The position numbers and the translations under genes are program-made. Below, piece by piece: positions 52,149-61,453 of a DNA stretch of 62,199 bases. The stretch is from Candidatus Bathyarchaeota archaeon (GTDB lineage: Archaea > Thermoproteota > Bathyarchaeia > TCS64), in contig CAVYVF010000010.1 in NCBI GenBank assembly GCA_963771885.1, positions 1 through 62,199 on the forward strand, read 5' to 3'. Position 1 is the first letter of the stretch; the number at the start of each line of letters is the position of its first letter. The notes under the pieces are model-generated. The model was not told the DNA's origin. It saw only the letters and a program-made list of their open reading frames with translations, and searched no databases.

Positions 52149-53222
52149 ATGAAAAAAATAATGACCGTCACAGGCCCCATCAACCCCGAGGAACTCGGCT
52201 TCACCACCATGCACGAACACGTGATGATGGACGGCGGATGGGTGCTCAGGAAAAGATACAATGATCAACTCCAAACCAACGACGACCGCTACACAGCCGA
52301 TGACCCCCTCAGCCTATCCAACATCGGACTCATCAAGCGGAACTTCATGACCAACTGGGACGGCCTGAGCTTCGACGACGAAATAATGATGCTGGGCGAG
52401 ATCATGGACTTCCAAAAGTCAGGCGGAAAATCCATCCTGGAGCTCAGCGTCCCAGGCATCCGAACCAAAGTCCCCGCCATAAAAAAAATCGCGGAGAAAA
52501 CCGGAGCCCACATCATCATATCCACGGGACTCTACACCGGCGATTCCTGGCCGGACAAGTACATCACCATGGGTGAGAAAGAGATCTACAACTACATGAT
52601 AGGCGAAGTCAGAAACGGGGTCGAGGACACAGGCATCACGCCGGGGCACCTAAAGATCGCGGTCCACAGCCTGACGGGAAGGGAGGAAAGCGCCCTCAGG
52701 GCCGCGGCCAAGGTGGCCAATGAGACCGGTCTTAGTTTGACTGTTCACTGTGACGATGGTCGTCAAGTCGCTGAGGTGCTCCAATCGGAGGGCGTGGATG
52801 TTTCCAGGGTGGTTATCGCTCATGTGGCGGGGGCGTTTGGGATCAGGGACCTGAAGCTACTGGTCACACACCCCGAGTTATTCACTCTGAGGCTCGACTA
52901 CATCAGAGAGCTGCTTGGTACAGGGGTTAATATCAGTCTAGAGTTTTCACCCGGCAACGTGGAGTCGGAGGGCCAGAACAGAATCGTGGTGCCGGATTGG
53001 CTGCGGTTGGCCGGGGTCATCAAGCTCCTAGATGAGGGGTACGCGGGTCAGATAGTCTTCGGAACTGATACCTGTGCCAAGGTGATGACGCGACGCTATG
53101 GAGGGGAGGGATACAGTCGTTTGACCAGGTTTGCCGTCCCCAAGCTTAGGGAATTCGGTGTTTCTGACTATCACATCCGAACAATCACCGAGAAAAACCC
53201 TGCCCGGATATTAGCATTCTAG
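52149..53222 (+). CDS. Phosphotriesterase-family metallohydrolase
   Basis: TVTGPI..EELGFTTMHEH, LKIA, TVH, IAH, GTD, NPARIL. Confidence 0.93.
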   Translation: MKKIMTVTGPINPEELGFTTMHEHVMMDGGWVLRKRYNDQLQTNDDRYTADDPLSLSNIGLIKRNFMTNWDGLSFDDEIMMLGEIMDFQKSGGKSILELSVPGIRTKVPAIKKIAEKTGAHIIISTGLYTGDSWPDKYITMGEKEIYNYMIGEVRNGVEDTGITPGHLKIAVHSLTGREESALRAAAKVANETGLSLTVHCDDGRQVAEVLQSEGVDVSRVVIAHVAGAFGIRDLKLLVTHPELFTLRLDYIRELLGTGVNISLEFSPGNVESEGQNRIVVPDWLRLAGVIKLLDEGYAGQIVFGTDTCAKVMTRRYGGEGYSRLTRFAVPKLREFGVSDYHIRTITEKNPARILAF

Positions 53223-53295
53223 AAATATGCTTGCGGACTCATATGGCTTAAACGATGCTTGTTCCCAGAGAGTAAGGAGATAAGAAAAAAGGGAT

Positions 53296-53586
53296 CTATT
53301 CTGAGATTATACTCGTATTGTAATCTTCTATGTACTTCCAGCCAGTCTTTTCACCACTCGCTAGAACTTCCATAGTAAAAGCCTGCCAAGCATCTAAGCC
53401 CTTCGCGGTTTCATAAATTGCAGCGTTATGATAATCATTGCCCCAAGGTGTTCCTCCACCAAGTCTTTTTATCCCATGTTTATCGGCGATCTTGTTCCAC
53501 CTAGCCATTTCAGCCTCCCATAGGGAGCGATCAGTGATGAACGCCTTACTCCATCTCACATAGTTAACAAAGTAGAGTTTACCCAT
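53296..53586 (-). CDS. Small hypothetical protein (possible dimeric alpha+beta barrel)
   Basis: YFVNYVRW..W..IA.KHGIK..G.GTPWGNDY..A.IYET. Confidence 0.65.
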   Translation of the reverse strand: MGKLYFVNYVRWSKAFITDRSLWEAEMARWNKIADKHGIKRLGGGTPWGNDYHNAAIYETAKGLDAWQAFTMEVLASGEKTGWKYIEDYNTSIISE

Positions 53587-53785
53587 TTTTACCTCATCTC
53601 CGCGTGAGAGTCACGCGTGCAATTTTTTATCAATTAATTCTTAAATGATGTACGTTTACAAGTGTATACACTATCAATCAACCATTGATCAAAATTAACA
53701 TTCAAATGGAAGTGGAGAATTGTATAGGATTGTTCGTTTCTCAACTACGCGCGAAATTAAATAGTTAATTGATTAAATATCACCC

Positions 53786-54094
53786 ATGGGATGGGGCGAC
53801 AATATACGTAGTTTCGGGAGACATTTCATAACTTTACTAATCGCAACAATAGCCGGGTCATTCATTCAAGCCATTATCTCAGGATTAATAGGGATCTACA
53901 TACCATTTTCAACGATTAACAGCCTACTAGACTACATATCACTCAGTCTCGGCATTACCCCTGAATCACTATTAATAATGGATGATGCAACGCTAGCGAA
54001 CGCCGGATACGTCTCCCTCGTTTTTATCGGCACCATCTTTTTAATGAGCGCATTATTAGCATGGAGCGATAATAAAACAAAGCGAAAGATGTAA
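53786..54094 (+). CDS. Small membrane protein
   Basis: Two hydrophobic segments, basic C-terminus. Confidence 0.55.
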   Translation: MGWGDNIRSFGRHFITLLIATIAGSFIQAIISGLIGIYIPFSTINSLLDYISLSLGITPESLLIMDDATLANAGYVSLVFIGTIFLMSALLAWSDNKTKRKM

Positions 54095-54179
54095 AAATAT
54101 TTAATCAGGTTCTAATTTCAATGGCGCACGCGTGCCTCCTGTTTAATAGGCAACGCAACTCCTAATGTGTAGAACTTCA

Positions 54180-54896
54180 TTGAGCGCACACACAGGGATA
54201 TTCTTAGGATACAGCCGCGGGCTACACACGCAAGACATGAAAAAGGGCATCATCAAGGTCACCAGCCTAAAACCCGAGGAATCGGCGAAGGCCATCGGCT
54301 GGACGGTCGGGTGGCCTGCGTCGGAGCCAAAGATATTCGGCAAGATCATCGGGCAACACGGCAAGAGCGGCTACCTGATGGCCCAGTTCAAGCGCGGCCT
54401 CCCCGGCGACGCCATAGGCCAGCCGATCACAGTCACGCAGGGCAAACCAACCCGCCCCGCCCCGAAGACACAGGCGAAGAAGAGCACACGCAGCCAAAGC
54501 ATCATGGACATCGAGGGAATCGGCAAAGAATACGCCGAGAAACTGAAGGAGAACAAGATCCAGACCACTGACGACCTCCTCGAGGCAGGCGCGACACCCG
54601 ACGGGAGAAAGCAGCTATCCGAGAAGACAGGCATCTCCTCGAAGCTAGTCCTCGAGTGGGTCAACCTCGCCGACCTCTTCAGGATCAAGGGTGTCGGCGA
54701 GGAATATGCCGACCTCCTCGAAGAGGCGGGGGTAGACACCGTCGTCGAGCTCGCGACAAGGAAGCCCGAGAACCTCCACAAGAAGATGGGTGAGGTCAAC
54801 GAGACAAAGAAGATCGTGAGGAAGCTACCGTCGCTTTCGATGGTTGAGGGATGGGTCGAGGAAGCGAAGACCCTGCCCAGAAAGATCGAGTATTAA
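54180..54896 (+). CDS. Ribosomal protein eL33 (L35Ae)-like domain fused to a DUF4332 helix-hairpin-helix domain
   Basis: GIFLGYSRG..Q..IIKV..IG..V.W..GKI...HGKSG...AQFKRGLPGDAIG; then IEGIG..YAEKL..ADLFRIKGVGEEYADLLEEAGVDTVVELA. Confidence 0.82.
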   Translation: MSAHTGIFLGYSRGLHTQDMKKGIIKVTSLKPEESAKAIGWTVGWPASEPKIFGKIIGQHGKSGYLMAQFKRGLPGDAIGQPITVTQGKPTRPAPKTQAKKSTRSQSIMDIEGIGKEYAEKLKENKIQTTDDLLEAGATPDGRKQLSEKTGISSKLVLEWVNLADLFRIKGVGEEYADLLEEAGVDTVVELATRKPENLHKKMGEVNETKKIVRKLPSLSMVEGWVEEAKTLPRKIEY

Positions 54897-54977
54897 CCCA
54901 TACAACCGTTTTTAATGTACGTGAGCTGGGGTAAAGGACTCACGCTCACCTCTATTTTAACCGTGTGCACGTACGGC

Positions 54978-56021
54978 TCAAATCTCGGATATAACTTCAA
55001 TTATTGATATATTAAGCACCATTTCCGCTATCGCCTTAGCATATTCCAAGGTTCGGATAACGCTCTCAATAATTAACTGAAACTGCGGCTGACATCCGCT
55101 CGACTCTCTATATTTACCTAGAATAAGGTCAAGCTTCTCCCTCGTCTCATCGGCATACTTGATCAAATTCTCTGCCTCAACATAACTCTTAGAAAAAAGA
55201 GTAGCAACCGAAGACTCGAAAATTGTTAAAACCCGCTTCTCCGCATCTTCAACCTCTCCAAAAAATGTCCCAATGACGACGGGAAGTTGACGCCCAGCAA
55301 TGCTCACGGCGTGATCAGCAGCCCTTTCAATAGCCTTAACGATAAGAACATAACTCAAACACGAATCTGAACTACCCACCCCGATATTCTTAGCCAACTG
55401 CGGATTCGAAACAGCCATCTTCAATAAACGACCAATGTAAAGACTAAACCTATCCACCTCTACATCATCATCGATCACAACACTTGCTAACAGAGAGTCA
55501 CCAGTTTTCAACGCCTGAAATGCGTTACGATGCATAGAAAGCGTCATAGCAGCCATCCGCTTAAGCGCATCATTAATGGGAAGATCAGAGTAACTAAGCA
55601 TAACTTGAAGAGTCAATTCGTCAGAGCCCTCACTGAGGATCTCAGTCCCGACAAATTTCCTCCGAACCGTCTCCTTCACAGAAGCCTTGACCCTTACATC
55701 TAATCGATTACCCCGAGATTTAATCTGAATAAGATTATACCCCGCAATATACGCCGAAACCACGCTTCTAACAACACTATCCGGGGAATCTCCCAAAGAC
55801 ACCGCGATCACCGCTTTACCAACCTTCGAAACGCGAACGACTTGCTCTGAATGAATAGCCAAGGACCCATCCTCACCCTCGGCTAAAACCACCAAGCTTC
55901 CACGGCTCAAACCAGATTTCTCTACCCACGTCCTTGGCAAAGAAAGCGTATACGTGGAGCCCCCGGTGACCTGTATACGTCTATACTCTCTCTTCACTTT
56001 ACCACGACTCGCCATCCACAT
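54978..56021 (-). CDS. phoU: Archaeal phosphate-uptake regulator (AbrB-like + PhoU domains)
   Basis: RRIQVTGGSTYTLSLPRTWV, D.EVDRF, IERAADHA; divergent from pstS. Confidence 0.9.
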   Translation of the reverse strand: MWMASRGKVKREYRRIQVTGGSTYTLSLPRTWVEKSGLSRGSLVVLAEGEDGSLAIHSEQVVRVSKVGKAVIAVSLGDSPDSVVRSVVSAYIAGYNLIQIKSRGNRLDVRVKASVKETVRRKFVGTEILSEGSDELTLQVMLSYSDLPINDALKRMAAMTLSMHRNAFQALKTGDSLLASVVIDDDVEVDRFSLYIGRLLKMAVSNPQLAKNIGVGSSDSCLSYVLIVKAIERAADHAVSIAGRQLPVVIGTFFGEVEDAEKRVLTIFESSVATLFSKSYVEAENLIKYADETREKLDLILGKYRESSGCQPQFQLIIESVIRTLEYAKAIAEMVLNISIIEVISEI

Positions 56022-56179
56022 GCGCCTATGCGATCGGAGAATACAAGCTCAATATTTAGTACTTTGATATATAAAAACAATAGAATCTATAGTGAAGCAT
56101 ATTCTAGATATAGTATTTGGAGAATAACTATATTCAAACAATTCGCCCTTACCCTTGAAGCAGAAAAAGAAGTGGAAAA

Positions 56180-57118
56180 ATGAAGCAAACAACGATGATC
56201 GGAATCGCCGCAATAATTCTAGTAGCAGCGGCAGGCGGATACTGGTGGTGGACAAGTCAACAGACCTCCACAGTAAAGCTATCAGGAACAATCGAAATCG
56301 ACGGATCAAGCACCGTCTTCCCGGTAACCCAAGCAGTCGCAGAAGAATTCCAGAAAATAAACACCGACGTCAGAGTCAACGTAGGCATCAGCGGAACCGG
56401 CGGCGGATTCAAGCGCTTCACCAAAGGTGAAACTGACATAAACGATGCCTCAAGACCAATATCAACATCAGAAATCGAGCTAACGAAGACAAACAAAATC
56501 AACTACGTCGAGCTAAAAATTGCCCTTGACGGAATAGCAGTCGTGGTCAACCCCAAAAACACCTGGGTAAACTACCTAACGACCGCCGAACTGAAGATGA
56601 TCTGGAACGCGAACAGCACAGTAACGAAGTGGTCCGACGTCAGGCCAACGTGGCCAGACCAGCCCCTAAACCTCTACGGCCCAGGAACCGACAGCGGGAC
56701 ATTCGACTACTTCACCGAAGTGATAAACGGGAAAACCAAGTCCAGCCGAGCCGACTTCACCGCTAGCGAGGACGACAACATCCTAGTGCAGGGGATAACC
56801 GGGGACACCAACAGCCTCGGATACTTCGGCTACGCTTACTACGCTGAGAACGAGGCAAAGCTCAAGGTAGTACCAATCGACTCCGGGGCAGGCCCTGTCA
56901 CACCCAACGACTCAACGATTACAAGCAACACCTACACACCACTAAGCAGGCCGCTTTTCATCTACGTTAACACAGCCTCGTTGGAGCGGCCGGAGATGAC
57001 GGCCTTCGTCGAGTTCTACATGGTCAACGGCGAAGCACTAGTCCACGAAGTAGGCTATACTCCGCTAGCGTCACAGGTCTACAAGGACAACCTAAACACC
57101 ATCAAGAACCTATCATAA
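56180..57118 (+). CDS. pstS: Phosphate-binding protein PstS
   Basis: [44 protein letters not shown]. Confidence 0.95.
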   Translation: MKQTTMIGIAAIILVAAAGGYWWWTSQQTSTVKLSGTIEIDGSSTVFPVTQAVAEEFQKINTDVRVNVGISGTGGGFKRFTKGETDINDASRPISTSEIELTKTNKINYVELKIALDGIAVVVNPKNTWVNYLTTAELKMIWNANSTVTKWSDVRPTWPDQPLNLYGPGTDSGTFDYFTEVINGKTKSSRADFTASEDDNILVQGITGDTNSLGYFGYAYYAENEAKLKVVPIDSGAGPVTPNDSTITSNTYTPLSRPLFIYVNTASLERPEMTAFVEFYMVNGEALVHEVGYTPLASQVYKDNLNTIKNLS

Positions 57119-57236
57119 TTTCTTTAAAGCGTCTGGAATGGAGAATATTTTGAAAAACTCCGATTTGTTCAGCAAATCGGTATCCACAAACACGAGAATT
57201 GAAATAAACAGACGACCTCCTTCGATTCGAGCCCAC

Positions 57237-58037
57237 ATGTCTGCAAAAAGGGAGACCCTGAACGTCCCGATAAAGGGCAATAATAAACTAAAGACCATGC
57301 TCGATTTTGTCGACTCAGATGTGGAGCTTCATACGCTGTGGAGATGCTCCAATATCCTAGCAATAGATCGAATGGGCTACAGCGACCACGGACCCACCCA
57401 CGTGAAGCTAGTAGCCAACAAGGCAGTGAAGCTGCTGCGTATGCTGACTGCAAAAAACGTCGACCCGAGCATCAAGATCAATTACGGGATGGGAATCGAC
57501 GACGCCGAGATCGTGGTCTTTCTCGCCTCAGTAATGCACGACCTGGGAATGTCAATAGTCCGCGATGGACACGAGGTCTACAGCGTAGAGATAGCCAGGG
57601 ATATCCTGAAGAGGTGCCTTCCCCTCGTCTATCAGCCCGAGGCCGCGACGATTATGTCCAGCGAGATACTTCACGCTATAGTCGGTCATCAGGCATCGGT
57701 GAAGCCGCTGACACTGGAAGCCGGTGTTGTGAAGGTCGCTGATGCACTCGATATGGAGCGAGGCAGAGCCCGTATCCCCTATGAAGCAGGCAGGATCAAC
57801 ATCCACTCCGTTTCAGCTCTATCGATTGAGAAAGTAGCCATAGAAGAAGGCGCAGCGAAACCGATCAATATCCGTATCCAGATGTCGAATCCGGCTGGCA
57901 TCTTTCAGGTAGATAACCTATTTGCACACAAGATCAGGGACAGCGGCCTCGAGGGCTTCATCGACGTCGAAGTCATAGTCGGTGAGGGAAAGGAACGTTT
58001 CACGCTCGACGAGTCAAAGTTCAGACTCGAAGCATGA
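57237..58037 (+). CDS. HD-domain phosphohydrolase
   Basis: SDHGPTH, MHDLG, H, ADALDM..GRAR. Confidence 0.9.
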   Translation: MSAKRETLNVPIKGNNKLKTMLDFVDSDVELHTLWRCSNILAIDRMGYSDHGPTHVKLVANKAVKLLRMLTAKNVDPSIKINYGMGIDDAEIVVFLASVMHDLGMSIVRDGHEVYSVEIARDILKRCLPLVYQPEAATIMSSEILHAIVGHQASVKPLTLEAGVVKVADALDMERGRARIPYEAGRINIHSVSALSIEKVAIEEGAAKPINIRIQMSNPAGIFQVDNLFAHKIRDSGLEGFIDVEVIVGEGKERFTLDESKFRLEA

Positions 58038-58083
58038 AAAAAGCCGGTATGTTTCTCACGAGTCGGCGCACGCGTCTTTTCAG

Positions 58084-59712
58084 CTACTCACTCAGCTTCT
58101 TCTTGCTCGTAAGCAACAGCTTGTAGACGGAGTATGCGCCTAGACCGCCCGCGACAAGATAAACGATAATCGAGGCAATCGGTGAGCCTACCGTGATTAC
58201 ATTCTGCGTAGATAGGACAACCACGCTGACGGCGACGAGCATGCGGAAAGTCGCCTTATCGACGGCGGCTGAGAGCCTGTCGAGGTTGTCGTAGTCGAGC
58301 TTGAAGCGTATCGGTCCCTCGCTGATTGTCTTGAGGGCACTATTTATGTTGGTGGGTATCTCAGCAGAGGTGGCTATCGTGTCAACAAGATTCATGCCCG
58401 TTTTCCTCACGTTTATCGCTTCGATAATACGCCTCTTGAAAAGGTCGCCTATCTGACCCTTGACCTCGGGGACCATCTTGAAGCCTGGGTCGAGCTTGCG
58501 CGCTAGGTCATCCGCAGACAGAAGGGTGTTCATCGTGAGAATGGTTTGCAACGGAAGGTCGATCCTGAGCTTGCGGATGGCACTTATGACCTCTTCCAGG
58601 TCCCTATTCTCAGGAATATCGGTTTCAGCGGCGTCATTGCTCGATATTAGTGCCTTATACATCTCATCCTTGAAGAGGTCTAGCTGCTTCCGCGGAATCG
58701 GGGCACTTACCTCACTGATGAGTTTTACGACCTCCTCTACATCATCCTCGAAGACAGCAAAGATCATCCTCGTAAAGCTGTCCCTCTTCTCAGGGCGTAG
58801 GACCCCCATGAGGCCGAAGTCGAGGAAAACGACGTTCCCATTCAAGTCGACGAGAAGATTTGCGGGCTCGGGGTCGCCGTGGTGGAAACCGTCCACGAAT
58901 ATCTGCCGCTCATAAGCCCCGAAAAGGGTTTTAGCAATCGCCCTCGTGTCGAAGCCTGCAGCACGTAACTTCTCGATCTCGTCGATGCTTGCACCCTCAA
59001 TATACTCGAGGGCAAGGAGGCTGGGCGTGGACTGACCCCAGAATATTTCGGGGACCCTCACCCCGGAGACGCCGTGCATGTTACGCCTAAGGAGCTCCGC
59101 ATTCTTCCCCTCTGAGACGAAGTCGAGCTCCGAGGCTATCTCTAGGCTAAAGTCGTCGACTACCTCAGGGAAGTCGAAGATAAGCAGTTCCGAGAAGACC
59201 TTCTCCGCGTTATTCGCTATCGTGTGAAGTATCTTGAGGTCGGTCTCGATGATCTCATGGACCTCGGGGCGCTGGACCTTGAGGAGAACCTTCGAACCGT
59301 CGAGGAGGGTTGCAAGGTGCTTCTGGCTGAGGCTCCCCGAGGCGAAGGGCCTCTCGTCTACCTCCTTGAAGTGGCTACCGACGGGGCCGATCTCCTTCTC
59401 GATTATCGCCTTTATCTGGAGCCAGGGAAGGGGATCGACGGAGTCAGGGAGGCGTTGGAGCTCCTTGACGAGGTCGAGTGGAAGGAGGTCGGGGCGGGCG
59501 CACATGAAATGGCCAAACTTGATGAACGTAGGCCCGAGCTCAGTCAAGGCGAGGCTTAACCTTGTATAGGGACTACCCTCAATTACCTCCGCCTTAAGGC
59601 CACGGACGCGAATCCGGGTTATCAGGGGGAGGAGCTCCTTGACGGCGTCCTCGAAACCATACTTGATAAAGACGGCGCCTATCTCGTGTAGCCTCTCCTG
59701 CTCGCTTGGCAT
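58084..59712 (-). CDS. ABC1/AarF/UbiB family atypical kinase
   Basis: LGPTFIKFG, FASGS, KVQRP, ELDF..EG, GFHHGD....N, LDFG; C-terminal TMs. Confidence 0.92.
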   Translation of the reverse strand: MPSEQERLHEIGAVFIKYGFEDAVKELLPLITRIRVRGLKAEVIEGSPYTRLSLALTELGPTFIKFGHFMCARPDLLPLDLVKELQRLPDSVDPLPWLQIKAIIEKEIGPVGSHFKEVDERPFASGSLSQKHLATLLDGSKVLLKVQRPEVHEIIETDLKILHTIANNAEKVFSELLIFDFPEVVDDFSLEIASELDFVSEGKNAELLRRNMHGVSGVRVPEIFWGQSTPSLLALEYIEGASIDEIEKLRAAGFDTRAIAKTLFGAYERQIFVDGFHHGDPEPANLLVDLNGNVVFLDFGLMGVLRPEKRDSFTRMIFAVFEDDVEEVVKLISEVSAPIPRKQLDLFKDEMYKALISSNDAAETDIPENRDLEEVISAIRKLRIDLPLQTILTMNTLLSADDLARKLDPGFKMVPEVKGQIGDLFKRRIIEAINVRKTGMNLVDTIATSAEIPTNINSALKTISEGPIRFKLDYDNLDRLSAAVDKATFRMLVAVSVVVLSTQNVITVGSPIASIIVYLVAGGLGAYSVYKLLLTSKKKLSE

Positions 59713-59796
59713 GGTAACGAGTTGGGAAGCGCGTGATAAATACCGAATGAGGGTGGGGGCAAGAGTTAATTGGCTTAGGGCGAATTGAGGAGAGCT

Positions 59797-61086
59797 ATGC
59801 CCGAACGCGAGGCCTTCGAATACGTTGACGAGCACCGAGCTGAGTCAATCGAGTATCTACGCTCCCTAGTGAAGCTCTACCCTGAGGGCGAGGAATCCCT
59901 GCAGGCACACCTCGCCAAGCGATTCGACGGACTGGGCTGCGAAGTACACGTCGAGAAACTACTTCCCACCGATGTACAACTGAGCAAGGAGTTCGCGGTA
60001 AAGGAGACCATCGACATGGTACCGAGGACTCACATAATCGGCAGACTTCGCGGCTCCGGGGGCGGGCGAAGCCTCATGCTCATCACTCATCCAGATGGTG
60101 ACCCCATTAATACCGAGGGCTGGACGAAGCCTCCGCACGTAGGCGTAGTAGAGGGAGGAAAGATGTATGGTTGGGGCGTTGCCGATGACCTCGCCGGAAT
60201 CGCTATGATGGTAGAGGCAACCCGTACAGTAGCTGCATCCGGTGCGCAGCTAAGGGGCGACCTCTACCTGATGAGCGCCTGCGCCAAGAGGAACGCCTGG
60301 GGCATCGCCGCGCTGCTTAGGGCCGGCTACCGCGCCGACGCGGGCATATACGTCCACCCCGCCGAGTCAGAGCTCGGCATGAAGGAGATAAAGGCGATGA
60401 CCTCGGGGCTCCTCAAGTTCAGAATAACAGTCATAGGGCGGAGACCGCCGAAGACCGAGTTCGTACAGACGACCTTCAACCACCTTGGAGTTAACCCCAT
60501 CGAGAAGGCAGCCGCAATCATCAGCGCTCTCAACAGGCTAAACGAGGAGAGGAACAGGCGTGTCTACTACAAAGCGCTAGTCGATGCAGTGGGGAGGTCA
60601 ACTAACCTCCTCGTCCCACACATCCACTCAGGTACTATGTCAAGCTTAACCGACGTGCCCCCAAGCTGCGTCATCGGTGCCTCGCTAACGTTCCCCCCAA
60701 ACGAGGACATAGACGCCGTTATGAAGGAAGTCGAGGCATACCTCAATAAATTCTACGACTCCGACGAATACCTGCGCACCAATAGGCCGGTACTGGAGTG
60801 GATACAAGGGACGCAAGGGGTCGAGATGGGTGAGGAACTCGCTGTCGTCCAGGTGACGAAGAAGGCGATAGAGGCGGTGACTGGCCAGATACCATTCAGC
60901 AATCCACTATACAGCAAGAGCGACCTCAGGACGCCGGTACTCATCGCGGGAATACCCAATGTTGCCTTCGGCCCCCTCGCCGGTGACCTCGCAACAACAG
61001 GCGGTAGGGATGAATGGATTGACGTTGACGACTATTCTCGCTCGATAAAAGTGCTGGCGAAGATCATCCTTGACTGGTGTGGATAA
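59797..61086 (+). CDS. M20 (ArgE/DapE-like) family protein with non-canonical active site
   Basis: GRLRGSGGGRSLML..HPD, GKMYGWGVADD, GVNPIE, FGP, DEWI. Confidence 0.85.
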   Translation: MPEREAFEYVDEHRAESIEYLRSLVKLYPEGEESLQAHLAKRFDGLGCEVHVEKLLPTDVQLSKEFAVKETIDMVPRTHIIGRLRGSGGGRSLMLITHPDGDPINTEGWTKPPHVGVVEGGKMYGWGVADDLAGIAMMVEATRTVAASGAQLRGDLYLMSACAKRNAWGIAALLRAGYRADAGIYVHPAESELGMKEIKAMTSGLLKFRITVIGRRPPKTEFVQTTFNHLGVNPIEKAAAIISALNRLNEERNRRVYYKALVDAVGRSTNLLVPHIHSGTMSSLTDVPPSCVIGASLTFPPNEDIDAVMKEVEAYLNKFYDSDEYLRTNRPVLEWIQGTQGVEMGEELAVVQVTKKAIEAVTGQIPFSNPLYSKSDLRTPVLIAGIPNVAFGPLAGDLATTGGRDEWIDVDDYSRSIKVLAKIILDWCG

Positions 61087-61137
61087 ACCCCGATTATAAG
61101 TTTATAAAAAGAGATTTCCAGAGTTCTCTCGACTGAA

Positions 61138-61326
61138 ATGGACTATAGAGCAGTAATTGTTGTTAGCACTTGGCTGGCGGTAGCAGTTATAGCCGCGGTA
61201 TACATGTTGGTTTTCGGTAACTTCATCGGCGACGTGATGTTCGGCGTCTTCCTACCAGTGGGGCTGCTCGTCGCCGTTGCATTAGCGGTAACCTTCAGAG
61301 TATTACCAAGTAATGAGTCAAAGTAA
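61138..61326 (+). CDS. Small two-TM membrane protein
   Basis: 62 aa hydrophobic ORF with TTTATAAA upstream. Confidence 0.6.
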   Translation: MDYRAVIVVSTWLAVAVIAAVYMLVFGNFIGDVMFGVFLPVGLLVAVALAVTFRVLPSNESK

Positions 61327-61453
61327 AAACAGTGCTTAATAAAGAAAATAATGATAAATTATCACAACCAGCTCGTTTTTTAGTCAAAGGAACATGGATT
61401 TGAAATTCATTTAAGTTATATCCAATACTATCATCATTAAAATACGAAAAAAA

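Noticed and set aside
750..60959. Numerous antisense or alternate-frame ORFs (e.g. 750-1091, 2968-3381, 21590-22072, 26152-26760, 34906-35388, 58460-58915)
   Set aside because: They shadow well-supported genes and carry no recognisable motifs
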